Notes: generated by a model from the letters alone, not told the origin. Shown: positions 25,183 through 37,505, numbered from the stretch's first letter. The stretch is DNA of 64,000 bases from Vitrella brassicaformis CCMP3155 (GCA_001179505.1 CDMY01000358.1:1-64000), one strand, 5' to 3'. A program made the numbers and translations.

Positions 25183-25836
25183 TGTGTGGCGTCCTTTATG
25201 CCGGTGGTGCGGCTGAGTGAGGACGGAGGCCGGGCGGAGACGGTGCCCGTGTCGATGTTGCAAGTGGGGGATCGCGTCATGACTGCAGGGGGGACTGGAA
25301 GACGGCGGCCGGCCTTCACTGAGGTGTATTATCGGCGTAGCTATGCCGAGGAGCTGACCAGGGCCACTGCACTCATGTTTGAACCAGGCCACCGGCGGCT
25401 GGTGCTATCACCATCCCACAGGCTGCCTGTGTGTCGGCCGCCGCCAAACAGAGGTGTCTGTCCTTCACAGCGGCATCATCAGATTATCGGGGATACAGCG
25501 AACGGGTCTCATGTTGCTATGCCATCGGCTGATAATGATGATGACTATGACGGTGGCTGTGGGGACGAGACGCGGTGGCGCTCTATTGCGGCACGTGAGG
25601 TCCGAGCGGGTGACTATGTTCTCTTGGTGGGGGGAGGGGGGGGATATCAAAGTGGGGACGATGGCCTGCTGATAAGGGCGCAAGTGGCCGAGGCACACAC
25701 TGAATGGCAGGTGAACGAGCAAGAGGGATGGATGGATGGATGGACGGATCGGCCATGTGCTCAGGATGTGGGATATGAGCTGGTCTACACGTTGAGTGGT
25801 CTGTTTGTGGCGGGTGGGGCGGTCATCACCGACAGT
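25183..25836 (+). other. Hedgehog-type Hint (autoprocessing) domain
   Basis: KA|CVASFMPVVRLSEDGGRAETVPVSMLQVGDRVMT...FTEVYY...LVLSPSHRLPV...IAAREVRAGDYVLL...GYELVYTLSGLFVAGGAVIT. This aligns block by block with Hh Hint (CF...LxxGDRV, SEV, LTxxH, AxxVxxGD, GxYAPLTxxGxxxVxGxxAS). A 54-nt in-frame intron lies at 25711-25764. Confidence 0.85.
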
Positions 25837-26768
25837 GACGACCCGTTCGACGAGTACATGCCCTGGACACTCATCACCAACATAGATGCAAGGTCTGACA
25901 AAAGGCCAGGCACGGCCACTGTGGAAGGATGGGATGGGCGTCTTAGCTATGGCCATACCGTATGTGTGCTTCTGGGTGTGTGTGTGTACAGGGTTATTTA
26001 TTTGCTGTGGGGCAGGCAGGGGGTGGAATCTCCACTATTCCGCAGTTTCTATGAGTAAGCGCGTATCCAAACACGCTAAGACACACACACACACACACAC
26101 ACGTACACACGTAGAGCAGCGGCGTGAATGTGTCTCCGTCTGTCTGTCTGTCCGTCTGCCCGTGAATGTGATGTGACAGAGCGTCGAGCGCCTTGGAAGA
26201 CAATATGCAGGCGACCGTTCAGTCGCTGCTGGCCTCCCTCTCCCCCTTCCTCCCCGTGTGTGTGGTCCGGTGGCTGCTCGTTTTGTGTCTTGCCGCATAT
26301 GTGTTTGCTTTACTGGCCCTGGTTGCTGTGCCGTGTGTCGTTGTGGCTAGATATAGGACGCTGAGGTGGTCACTAGCCATGTGCATTGGTGCAAGGGGGG
26401 AAGAAGGCGGGAGAAGATCACCATGCCTCTCCGGCGTTGATGCACACTGATCTCTTTCTCTCTCCCTCTCTGCCTGTCTGTCTGTCTGTGTGCCTGCCTG
26501 CCGGATATGTTCCCGGCTGTGTGTGTGTGCTGTCGGTCCATCGCACGTGGATATCGATCGCAAGTGAACTCGTGTGTGTGTGTGTGTTTGTGTGTGTGGA
26601 GGCACAGCCTAGCTGCTTGACATTCCGGATCCACGGGATGATTCAGCCAACGGCCGTGTGCTGTGCTGTGCTGTGGGTGTGTTTCACCAGGTCAGTCATT
26701 GATAGACATTCAATCAATGCATCCATCCATCCATCACACACACACACACAAATGTGCATACCACACCC

Positions 26769-28764
26769 TCACACACCAATGCCATTGTTCTGGGAGCTGG
26801 CAGGCGGCTCACTGTCGGCCACAATGGGCGGCAGGAACTCGCTGGGAGAGGTCCACGGGGGGTCTGACGAGCTCTTGGTTGTGTTATGCAGCCCTCCAGC
26901 CGCCTTGGGCGAGCCACTGTTGCTGCTGCGGACCTTGTAGACGCCGTCTCGCCCGCTGCGGTCCTTGGTGGCGCCCATGGGCACCCCTGACGCACGGTGG
27001 GGGAACATCTTCTCGTACAAGTGCACCTGCATACACGCATCGATGGTATGACACAGAGGGGTGCGTGGGTGTCTGTCTGTCTGTGTCTCGGCCACCCATC
27101 ATATTCACCAGGACTGTTTCCGATGAGAGGAGGAGTTCGATTGCCTTACGGCGGTCAGCCGTGGTGAAGCTGTCCAAAGGGATGGACCCCGCCTCTGCTC
27201 TCATCGCATCCATGAATCAATCACCCAACACATGCCAACACGAGACAGACACATTGTGCGTGTGGTGTGCATTGTGACGTTGTCTATGACGTGACTGACA
27301 CCTCCGCACCTTCAGGTCTGGGCGACTTGTCCGTGTCTGCGGCAGCCCCCTCTTTGCTGGTGGAGCTGTCGATGGACTTCTGCAGCAGCTGCGTGTGGTA
27401 CTGACGGGCCCTGTGTCTGCGGCGGGATATCTCGCGACGCACCTCATCGATGCACTTGAGGAAAAATTCCTCCAACTCTGAACGTTCTCCGTACGCGTGA
27501 GACGCAGATGTACGCAGAGTCCTGCAGTGCAGCCCAGCCACACACATGTTACGTTCGTACATATCCCAATCACGAATCGAATCGCATGCCGCGCCGCGCC
27601 GCGAGACGACCCCCCCCCCTGAGCTGACCTGATGGTTTTCTTTTGTTTCTCCACTTGTGCCTTGAGTTTGTTGATCTGCTCCACGTACCGCCCCTCCAGC
27701 TCCTCACCCGCCGCACCCATGCCCATGCCCATGCCCATGCCGATCCCGTCCTCGCCAACATAGGTCGCCCCGCGCCCCTCATCGATCGTCTCGTGCACTA
27801 CCGGGCCCACCAGTTTGGTGGACATCGAAGGGGCGGAAGCTCCGCGGTCTTGAGTGTCTTCTCGTGGGCGTGTGGACACAGCAGGGAGAGACGCTGGCGG
27901 CTGGTGAGTGTCCGCACCGCCCGTCAATGCCGGTGCAGGTGGGCTGGTCTGGCTCAGGACAAGTGCGTGGTATGCGTTGTTCTGGGCCCTCTCGACGGCG
28001 GCCTTGAGGACTTTGTTTTGCCTCTTGGATCCCTTGATTTGGTCCTCCAGGAAGCGTCGGTCCTCCTCGAGTGCCTCAGCCTTGGCCTTCCACTTGTCGA
28101 CGTCACGCTTGTAGCTCTTGCACAGCTCATCCAGACGCAACGCCTCAGTCATGAACCACCTGCAATGCAACCGACAGACAAGGAGGACTCGTGGGATCCA
28201 TCCATCCATCCATCCATCTGTGCTGTCTTGTCGGCCGGTGTGACTCACTCACTCTAGTTCTTTTTCGAGTGACTTGATGCGCGTGTCTCGTCTGGTCTTG
28301 GCCTCCTCGATGTCGGCCTTCTGCTTGAGCGCCTTGAACTCCTTCTGAACCGAATACATGTGGGTCTTGTACGCCAGGAAAAAGTCATTCTCGTGGTCCT
28401 CCAGCAACTTCTCCACCCTGCAATGCATCCAGCCAAACAACCAGACACAAGCAACCAACCAATCAACTCATACAAACACAAGCAAGGCATGCGCATGCAT
28501 GAATGGATGGCCTCGGTGCCAACGGTGGTACATATTGCTCTCCCTGCCTGACCTGTCATCGAGTGTCCTGACGAGTTCGTTCAGGTCGCCATAGAGGTCA
28601 AGAATCTTGGTGCCGCCCTTGACGCTGTCGAGGATGGAACGGCGCCTCGTGGCGGGGTCATCCTCGGGCCGCAGGTTGACGGCCGTGAGGAACTTGAACC
28701 CGCCCTCCTGACTTGCACCCGGCTGGACGCCAGATGGGTCCTCTACTCCAACATCACTCGACAT
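26769..28764 (-). CDS. Coiled-coil protein resembling ciliary/basal-body BBOF1/CFAP-type proteins
   Basis: Exons read [29 protein letters not shown]...KSLEKELE|[14 protein letters not shown]...[21 protein letters not shown]...[20 protein letters not shown]...[17 protein letters not shown]. Heptad pattern; the family assignment is from memory only. Confidence 0.65.
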
Positions 28765-29047
28765 GGCTGACGAGTTCCCAAATGACGTGGGGCGGTACAA
28801 GGGCCGCCTGTTCGCTTGGTGTAGAATGAAATTTGATGCCGGGTTCGGAGGAAGAAGGGGGGAAAGGACTGTCACTAAGACGGCAAGCTCGCGCCCCCTC
28901 TCCCCCCCGAGCTCGCGCATGCAGACAAAGCCGGCAATGGATAGAGAAGGGCAAAAAGGGCGGCAGCGGAAGACACTTGTCATCCAAAGGAGAAAAGGAC
29001 GTTCTTCCGTCTGCCGCTGCTGATCTATCAAGGTCCGGTCCTCTTCA

Positions 29048-30165
29048 ATGAAGGGGAAGCAGCAGCGGAGCTCTCATCATGACCAATGTCGTCCTCCAAT
29101 GCTTCTTGCCGCCGTGTTGGTGATCCTGCTGCTTGCTGTCGCCTTGCCGTTGACGTGTGTGGCAGCCCTTCAGGCAGTGAAGGTCCCGCAGCAAACAAGG
29201 CATCAACGCCAAGGCCGGCAACCATCACACGGAGCTTTTCAACCTGCCCCTCTTGCTCTCCCCCGTCGTCGGTCTCTCGCCCAGCGAGGCCGACTGACGA
29301 AGTCCTCCGCTACGGTCGGCAGCAAGGCGCTCTCATCCAAGGCCTTCGAGCAGCCAACCAGGAGCTCGCCCCCCGGCCGCGTCCGTGTCGAAGAGGTGCC
29401 CTTCCAGTAAGCTAGTGGCTCATTTGCACGGTAAATCTCGCTCGATTCATTCATTCCCGGTGCTTGTGTGTTCGCAGGGATTTGAAGGCGCTGAGCCTCT
29501 TCTACGTGATGTCCAACTGGGGTGCTCAGGGCCGGCTGCGTGAGCTGCAGGTGGCCGAGCTGGACAAGTACGTCTACAACGGTCTCATCGAGCTGATCGG
29601 ACCCAACAGGATCGTTCAGGACGGTGTGGTCCTCGCCGCCAAAGATCCCCGCACTAACGCTCTCCTTGGGTGCGTCAACATGGAGCTCATGAAAGCGAAG
29701 AAGGGCACCAGGCTGCGCAGCGAAATCGACAGTGGGAAACTATCAGCAGCCGCTGCCACTGCCACTGCTGCCAAGGATGGGTCCTCCTCTGGAGCTAGTC
29801 AAGCGCCAAACGTGGCAGTGATAAGTGGTCTTGTGGTTGCCCCGCAGGCGAGGCGGCAGGGCATAGGGCAGAAGCTCTGCCGCGAGTGTGAGAAGGTTGC
29901 GGCCAGATGGGGCTTGACGTCGGTGTATTTGTTCGTCGACCAAGTGAACACGCCGGCCATTCAGCTGTACGAGCGGCTGGGGTACCGGTCTCTGTTTGTC
30001 GAGAAGCAGCCCAGGAAGGAGCCGTCGCGTTTCGGCGGCACGCAGCAGGTGGAGAGGGCGGCCGTGTGCATGACGAGAGATCTGGACGACAAGACCTTGT
30101 TGATGGCCAAGCTGCCTGGCGTGATAGCTGAGCCAATGGAGTGGCTCACTAGCGCCCTCAGCTAG
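29048..30165 (+). CDS. GNAT-family N-acetyltransferase with signal plus transit peptide (probably plastid-targeted)
   Basis: Acetyl-CoA motif VISGLVVAPQARRQGIGQKL and LFVDQVNTPAIQLYERLGY. N-terminal MLLAAVLVILLLAVALPLTCVAA is followed by an R/S-rich stretch containing 'AFQPAP'. One intron joins PF-Q|DLKAL. Confidence 0.85.
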
Positions 30166-30183
30166 CGATCGATGGGAGAGGGG

Positions 30184-30483
30184 NNNNNNNNNNNNNNNNN
30201 NNNNNNNNNNNNNNNNNNNNNNNNNNNNNNNNNNNNNNNNNNNNNNNNNNNNNNNNNNNNNNNNNNNNNNNNNNNNNNNNNNNNNNNNNNNNNNNNNNNN
30301 NNNNNNNNNNNNNNNNNNNNNNNNNNNNNNNNNNNNNNNNNNNNNNNNNNNNNNNNNNNNNNNNNNNNNNNNNNNNNNNNNNNNNNNNNNNNNNNNNNNN
30401 NNNNNNNNNNNNNNNNNNNNNNNNNNNNNNNNNNNNNNNNNNNNNNNNNNNNNNNNNNNNNNNNNNNNNNNNNNNNNNNNNNN
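30184..30483. other. Assembly gap (300 N)
   Basis: N run after a G-rich sequence. Confidence 0.99.
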
Positions 30484-31414
30484 ACCAACACACCTACAAT
30501 GCGATGTACTCTGTCTCTCAACCGAACAGACAAAACAAAGCCCTATATATATCCGATGTGCAATTACTAACTAAATCGGCCGCGAGGCTGGAGCGAGTTG
30601 GCATGCCTGCCTTCCTGTCACAGGGCCTCGCTTCTCCTGTCGTGGAAGCCAACTGACGACATGACGTTGAGGCACTCAAGGACGCTTCGCATGCACTCAG
30701 TGACTGTGTAGCTTTGTGTCTCATTATGACTTTGGTCTGGGTCCGTCATTGATTAATTGTGTGCCTTTGCTCGCCAATGTATCGTTGCAGCGAGACAAGA
30801 GGCGTTTGTACGCAATGCACAAATGGAAGCGCTCAATTTGATGTGGTACATATGTGGTCGCGGCGGGCCAGCCAAGCGCCTGCCGTCTGCCTGTTTATAC
30901 CCTCCGACCGCCTCCTGTACGTTGAGGTCCGTCTTCATGAACGATGGGAGAGGGAGGGAGACCAAGGACGGGCTGGCTTGGTGGTGGTGTGTGAATGAAT
31001 GAAGCCGCCGACCGAATGCAATACAGAAAGACTGTTCCCCTGCTGGCTGCGTTGTGTTTGTGATGTGGACCGATCGATTGGACAATGCAGACATGGCATG
31101 GATCAACCACGGGTTAGACAAGGGCGCTTGACTTGAAAGACACGCAAAAGGGTCCACACGCACACACAGTGTCACACACACACACACATGCACACACACA
31201 CACGACATGCAGCAGTCTCTGTCTGCGCACCACGGCACATACATGCTCGCACATGGAAGCACGTCGATTGATATGGACTACGTCTGTCGGGCTGTCTGTC
31301 GGGTTGTCTATCGGTGGTGGTGTGTCTGTCAGTGGGGCAGTCAGTCAGTCTGGTGGTCTCTACGCTCGGTATCTACTCGCTGTCTACGCTGGCTGTCTGC
31401 TTGTCGCTGTCTGT

Positions 31415-32374
31415 CTACTCGGCGAGGCCCGGGATGCCCCCCAGCTCTGCCCACCTCTCCTCCATCTCCTCCAGCCCTTCCTGGATGTCCTGTTGGCGGA
31501 TGACGGCCTCGTAGTAGTGCTTCACTGCCTCTCAAGCGCCCACTGCTGCTCCCATTCCCGGTGCTCCTCCTCAGCGCGGAGCTGGGCAGCGTCGCCGGCA
31601 AACCGCAGGGGCTCCACCTGCTGCAGCTGTTTGCCGCCGTCCAGCGCGACGGCGAGCTTTTGACGGCGGCGTTGCTCCTCGACGTTGATGAGGATGTAAA
31701 GGCTGCCGAGGACCTGCAGCGCACCACACAGCAGACAGACAGACAGACGGACGGACAGAGGGCGAGACACGGAGACATGAGAAGTGCGTGCTGGTCTATG
31801 TGAGCTGAACACGTGCTCTGCTCACCGCTCCGGCTCCCGCTAGAAGAAACCACCAAATGGCACCTCCTGCCGTCTCCGGCTTGCGGAGGTGGGGGGAAGC
31901 TGTCGCCATGGCTGCTCCTTGGGTGGTGGTCCGCGCCTGTCGCTTGCGGAGGTGGGGGGAAGCCGTCGCCATGGCTGCTCCTTGGGTGGCCATCCGCGCC
32001 TCTTTGTTCTGAGCGAGACAGATATTGACCAGAGGCATGAGCGCGTGTCTGTGTCTGTTCGTCTTCTCTTATCCCTGTGTCGACGATGCTCCTTGGGTGG
32101 CCATCCGCGCCTCTTTGTTCTGAGCGAGACAGATATTGACCAGAGGCATGAGCGCGTGTCTGTGTCTGTTCGTCTTCTCTTCTCCCTGTGTCGACGATGC
32201 TCCTTGGGTCCGCGTCGGTTGCGGTGCCACCTCTTCTACCTCGCTGGCGTTGTCGTGCTTGGTCTCGGACTCGCTCGCCACTACCCCCCCGCCGGTGTTG
32301 TTCTGGTCGGTCTTGGTCTACTCCGCTCTCGCCGGCGCCAGCAGCAACAGGATGATGAAGGCGATGGTCTTCAT
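31415..32374 (-). pseudogene. Disabled secreted repeat protein
   Basis: MKTIAFIILLLLAPARAE is followed by in-frame TAG (32318-32320) and in-frame TAA in the second 111-nt repeat (32069-32071; the first copy has GAA). A 2-nt slip near 31530 separates ...EWEQQWAL from EAVKHYYEAVIRQQDIQEGLEEMEERWAELGGIPGLAE-stop. Confidence 0.6.
31879..32207. repeat. Tandem repeats: 63-nt unit x2 and 111-nt unit x2+, sharing a GCTCCTTGGGT core
   Basis: 63-nt units start near 31879 and 31942. 111-nt units start at 31976, 32087 and (partial) 32198. Both periods are multiples of 3. Confidence 0.85.
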
Positions 32375-32802
32375 GGTCCGCGGTGCTGTGTGCTTTTCGC
32401 TCTCTCGTCTGTTTGGCATACGCTGCTCTTTCGGTTACCTGGGAAACAGCGCAAGGAGAAAGAAACAGGGAAACCATTTTGATCTCTGTCTCCGTCTCGT
32501 CGTAAATTCTCGACAGTCTTTTTATTTTGTCGCGAGCGCGGCTATGTTATCGGCAGGCGCACACGAGCAGGTATGCATTAATTCATGAAGGACCACACAC
32601 TTGCACAATTAACTAAGGAAAAACCACACGTCAATTAAGGCGTGTCGTCCACTGCGTGTGGGGAGGAGTGCTTGACTGTACAGACATTCTCTTCCCATCA
32701 AGCATGTATGCATTCGTGCATCTCAGTCTGTCCATGCATGTGTATGTCTCCCTCCCTCCCTCCCCTGCACCCTTGAATGAATGCCTGGTTGTATCTACCT
32801 AG

Positions 32803-35800
32803 CTACTTCTTCCTCTGCTTGAATATCCAGTGTTTGCTCTCCTCGTGTTTCTCCTTCTTGGCTGCTGGCGCCTTCTGCTTACCCTTCTCGAAGTACACCA
32901 CACCCGGATCAGCACCTGCACGCATCAACCAACCAATGAACCAACCAACCAATTAATGCGACGGCCAATACGACGAACCGACATACATCACACACGTGTG
33001 CGTGGGAGTGGTACACACCTGAGAGTATGGAGAGGTTGGCCTTTCGCACACTGACACCCGCTGGCTTCGCCCCAGCCGCCGGCACATCACTGAGACGGAC
33101 ACACACACACACACACACGCCCACACCGTCGGTCGATGTCGTGTCTGGTGGATTTATGCATTCTTACGTTCCGCCGAGCATGACATCGTCATCTTCGATG
33201 TCGTCGAGTGTGTCGTCGCTGGCGAGTATCTGCGCCAGTATGTCGAACTGCGTCTTGGGGTTGTCGAACATCAAATCCTCGCCAGCCATGTGGCTCTCGA
33301 AATTGTTCCACGTTATCACCTTGTACGCATACCCCTACACACATATCAACACACCGAGAGAGAGTGAGAGGGGAACGGTGTGTGTGGCTGTGTGCCGATC
33401 GATGATCGGGACATCCTGACCTGGTCGATGATGAACTGCTGCCTCTTGTCGGCGAAGTACATCTCTTGTGTGTCTTTGCTGACGAGAGAGTAGAAGAAGG
33501 CGTTGAACTCCTCCCCCTCGCTCTTGGGCTTCGGCCGCAAGATGCGGCCCAAACGCTGCGCCTCCTGACGCCTGCACACCAACACACATGGCCGGCCATC
33601 GAATGTGAATAACCAGGTTGGCTGTCTGTGTGCCTGTCTGACGTACCTTGACCCCGAGTTGAATGATATTTGTATGATGACTGTTGCACACGGGATATCG
33701 ATGGCATTGTCGCCCACCTTGGACAGAAAGATCGTGCTGAACTGGGACTCATTCTGATATGACACACACACAGCCACATCAGTAAGGCACACATAAACAA
33801 ACGATACATACATAGACGAGCGCGTGTTGTGTGTGGCTTGCCTGGAATCTGTTGAGAATGAGTAGCCGTTCGTTCATGGGAACGTCGCCGCAGATGAAAG
33901 GCTTCTTGAGGACCTGGGATGCGTACTGGAGTGCGAACAGGTTGTCGGAGAAGACGATGCACTTGTCGCCCCGCGACTCGTGGAACTTGAGCAGGTACTC
34001 ACACAGACGCAGCTTGTTGGGGTTGCACACCCACAGCTTCCGACGCTTCGCCGCAGACGCCTGCAAATCAGGGCAGGGCAGACAAATGGAAAGACGGATG
34101 AGATGAACACACACGTACCGTACGTACATGCATACGTGCCGCCTACAGTGAGGTATTCTCTGAAGTATTCCTTGGCCATGGGGCACCACACCTCAATGCA
34201 CTGAACCTTGGCCAGAAAACCCTGCACACAACACAACACACACGCGAGCCAGCCATGCCAGCCAGCATTGCCATCCGTATTTGTCTGATCGGACTTACGG
34301 CTTCCTGTAGTTCCAGCCAGTTGGCTTCGTACAGTTTGGGCCCGATGAGCCACTGCAGGTCGTGGATGAGGTCGTCCTCACGCACCAATGTGGCCGTCAA
34401 ACCAACCTTGCAGTGAGACTTGACAATCGAACACACCTAAACAAGCAATCCGCATTCGTACACATAAGATGAAGGAAGGAACGCTTGGTTGGGTGCGGTG
34501 CCCACCGTCCTGAACGACTTCGCTGGAGCGAATTGCACTTCGTCGAGTATCTGTAGGCCCCATTCGCGGTTTTTGATCTGCAGCATCACACGGGACGACA
34601 CCTCAGACCTGACAACGCATGGCACGTTCACAGACAGCAGCAAACCAGGAGGGATGAGGGAGGGCCGCTGTGCCATTCATTGCTTGTGCGTGTATCGGTA
34701 GGTACCTCTTGCCCCTGAAGGACATCATGGTGTATGTCGATATCAACACGCCGCCGTCCTCAGGCAAGTCCTGCACACAGACAGACACCAGCAAGTGAAA
34801 GGGGCTCCTCATGTGACACTGTGTAGTGGTGATGTTTGTCCTCTGACCTGTTTGTTCTCGGCGGTGAGGGTGCGGATCTTCTCTGGCGGGATGGTCGTGA
34901 ACTGCTCAAACTGACGCTTCCACTGATCCACAGCGACTGAATCAGCCCACAGCGACCAACACACCATGAGGCACACGAGTGTGTCGATAGTCTGCCTGTC
35001 TATCTGTCTGTCTGTGTGGCTGACCTGCCGTGGATGTGAGGACGACAGTCGACTTCCTCATGGTGCATGCAGCGGTGATGCCCACGAGCGTCTTGCCGGC
35101 GCCACACGGCAGCACTATGATGCCGGAACGAGCACGGCCGTTGCCGAACATCTTCCGCAAAGCCCGCTCCTGCACACACACACACACACACACCAATGAA
35201 TACATACAGATGCAGACACGTCAGTAGCGGAGGTCGGACCTGATAGTATCTGATTTGCGTTGACGGCCTCAGCGCCATCGCGATGTCGGGATTCTTCTTG
35301 TCGTGCCTGACAAACACAGACACGCAGCGCAGAACCTCTCCCATCCACTCACTGCTCATCCACCGCCCTCCCGTTTGTTTCCCCTTGGCACTTGAAGTCA
35401 TATTCCTCGATGAGTGGCCTCTGCAGGCTCTTGAGGGCGGCTTCCTTGACCTCCCCAATGCAGTCGGCCTTGACCTCGAAACTGTACATCTTCTGACGCA
35501 CGCCACCTGGGGCGCCCTCGCCGCTGCCTGACGGCACGGGCGGGGGCGGCATCGCCTGCGCGTCAGCCGCTGCTGCCGCTGATGGGGAGGGGTTGGGGGG
35601 CTTGGGTGGGGAGGGGGCCGGCTGGCTCCACGACGCCTGGTCGCCGCCCGATGACGTCAACTTGAAACCTACTCACACAGCCACGAAAGGAACGGCGCAT
35701 GAGAGTCTCTCAGGTGGTCAGGTGGCATCGCTTCCTCGGCCGCATACCAAGTTGCGTTGGGTCGAGGACGGGCGCGTCTGTCTCGATGAGGCCGCCGGTC

Positions 35801-37217
35801 CCGCCGCCCGTCCGCATCTGAGAGCTGGACGAACCGCTCACAGCCCTAAGGAACCAGCCAACACGCAGATGCCGTGCTGCTTCTGTCCTTCCGTCGCAAT
35901 GAACTCTTTGTCTTTTTACGTCGATTGCCCTGAGGGCTGCGCAGCAGCTGAGGCCTGCTGTTGCTGCTGTCCTGCGGCTAGCCCGCCCCCCAGGCCGCCG
36001 ACCCCACCCGTGGCACCACCAGCCGACTGTGTGGGCAGCCTCTGAACGTACAACAGACATTAGCATGCAGATTCGTGTGCTGTCAGCCACCTTGTGCAGT
36101 CTCTGCACCGGTGCTTGCGTCTTGCGTGCTCTGGCGATTGTCTCGTCCTTGAGGAAGAGCTCAAGCAACGCCTTGTCGTTTGCTTCGATGAAGTAGCCGT
36201 TGTCGCGGAGTACCAGCCGCACCTTGCCGAATGCCTCGCCATACTGCATGACTATGCTCCGCAGCTCCTTGGGCACCTCGTGCTTGCAAAACTTCTCAAG
36301 GGTCGACAGAATCTGCTCTGTGGGGGGAGGGAGGGAGGGAGGGGACCGACCCACAAACCAAGAGGCGAGTGCAGTTAGATAGCGTGTAATTGGCCGGCTC
36401 GCTGACCTGCGCTGATTCCGACAGAGACAGCCGCGTACAGCGAGAAGACGGTGAGCTGGAACTCGTGGATGTCCTCTGGCCGACTGATGGGCTCAGCCAC
36501 CGCCACAAGGAAATCAGACGCCTGTCGGTGGCAGCGCACAACCAAGCACAAAACACAACATCATTCACCAGTGGGTGGTCAGAATGGCTAGCCTGTCGTG
36601 TGCTGCTGCCTCTGTCTGTCTGTCTGTCTGTCTGTCTGTGTACCTACCTCTTTTTTGAGTGCCGAGAAGAACTCCATGTAGATGTGTCCCTCGGGCGTGA
36701 CCCAGAGCGGCCGGTTGATGTGGTCGACCTTGAGCGAGGACGTCTGCGGGATGAAGTTTCTCATGTCGTCCAGCCCGCCCTGGTTCTCGTACATGGTCGA
36801 GTCGGCCGCGAAGGGCAGCCCCCTCTCCCCCTGACGCACCGACTTGCCCGTGATGTTGATAAGCTTGTTGCCCACATCCTTGTCCCTCTTGCCCTTCCTG
36901 CTGCGCTTGCTGGACTTGCGCTCGCCCTCATACTCCTCGTCGTCGTCATCCATGTACTCGTCATCGTCGTCGAGCTCATCGCCATCGACGCGGCTGCCGC
37001 GGCCAGCGGGCGTCGCATCGTCGTCTTGGTCGCGGTGATGGTGCTTCTTCCGGCGCTTCTCTGACCTCTCGGACTTGTCGGATCTGTGCTTCTTCTTCTT
37101 GTGCTTCCTGTGCTTGCGCTTCTTCTCACCAGACGCACCGGTGGCATCGATGTCCATGGGTGGTGCAGCGGGGGGCACTGCCTGCCCGACGGCCGGAGGA
37201 GCCTCGGCTGTCGTCAT
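32803..37217 (-). CDS. ERCC3: TFIIH 3'-5' DNA helicase XPB
   Basis: [17 protein letters not shown]; [32 protein letters not shown]; [19 protein letters not shown] (Walker A); [11 protein letters not shown]; [11 protein letters not shown] (RED motif); [11 protein letters not shown]; [18 protein letters not shown]. Confidence 0.97.
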
Positions 37218-37236
37218 GCTCCCAACGCTGCCTCTG

Positions 37237-37249
37237 AGCTAAGCTCGCA
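37237..37249 (-). promoter_or_regulatory. Candidate core-promoter motif TGCGAGCTTAGCT upstream of XPB
   Basis: Lies 20 nt upstream of the ATG; the identical 13-mer occurs at 42027-42039. Confidence 0.45.
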
Positions 37250-37505
37250 AACACGAGCTCGCAAGAGATTGAATGCATTCCGGGATGGGCGAGCAGCCGT
37301 GAATGCCATTACCAGCACAAGAGGAACGCCACTGAACTGGTGCGCTTTCCCCCTTGTTTTGTGAGTGTTTACAGGGAACTGGCCTTCCAGAGAGGCAGGA
37401 ATAGGAAAAGGAATACACAGACCGAACGAAGCGCTTATATCGAACGAAGTGCTTCGAGAGACAAGGTCAGCATTCCCGTTGGCCATTTCCTTTCCTTGCG
37501 TCACC

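Larger units (their letters stand above)
14929..26450 (+). pseudogene. Disabled gene for a giant secreted/membrane protein: signal peptide, LamG-like domain, myxococcal Cys-rich repeat, about 20 sushi/CCP-like modules, Pro linker, Hedgehog-type Hint domain and hydrophobic tail
   Basis: Signal peptide MEHVGISFPALCLVIAQLLCFVHATA is followed by about 30 exons, mostly joined by phase-1 introns. Modules repeat the pattern C-P...HG-x5-C...C-x-DG-x-W-x5-C. Lesions include TAG at 15161, a 1-nt deletion near 17444, a 4-nt GCAG duplication at 18029-18042, TGA at 18935 replacing a conserved Trp, a C-run frameshift near 21900 and a GT>AT donor at 22993. Confidence 0.78.

Noticed and set aside
25183-25836. 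Intein or mobile protein-splicing element
   Set aside because: There is no terminal His-Asn followed by Cys/Ser/Thr and no endonuclease domain. The domain is C-terminal and followed by an SRR-like/TM tail, i.e. Hog-type.
30158-30570. ORFs spanning N gaps (also 18254-18770, 37896-38730, 42159-43120 and 50481-50933)
   Set aside because: They are artefacts of translating Ns as X.
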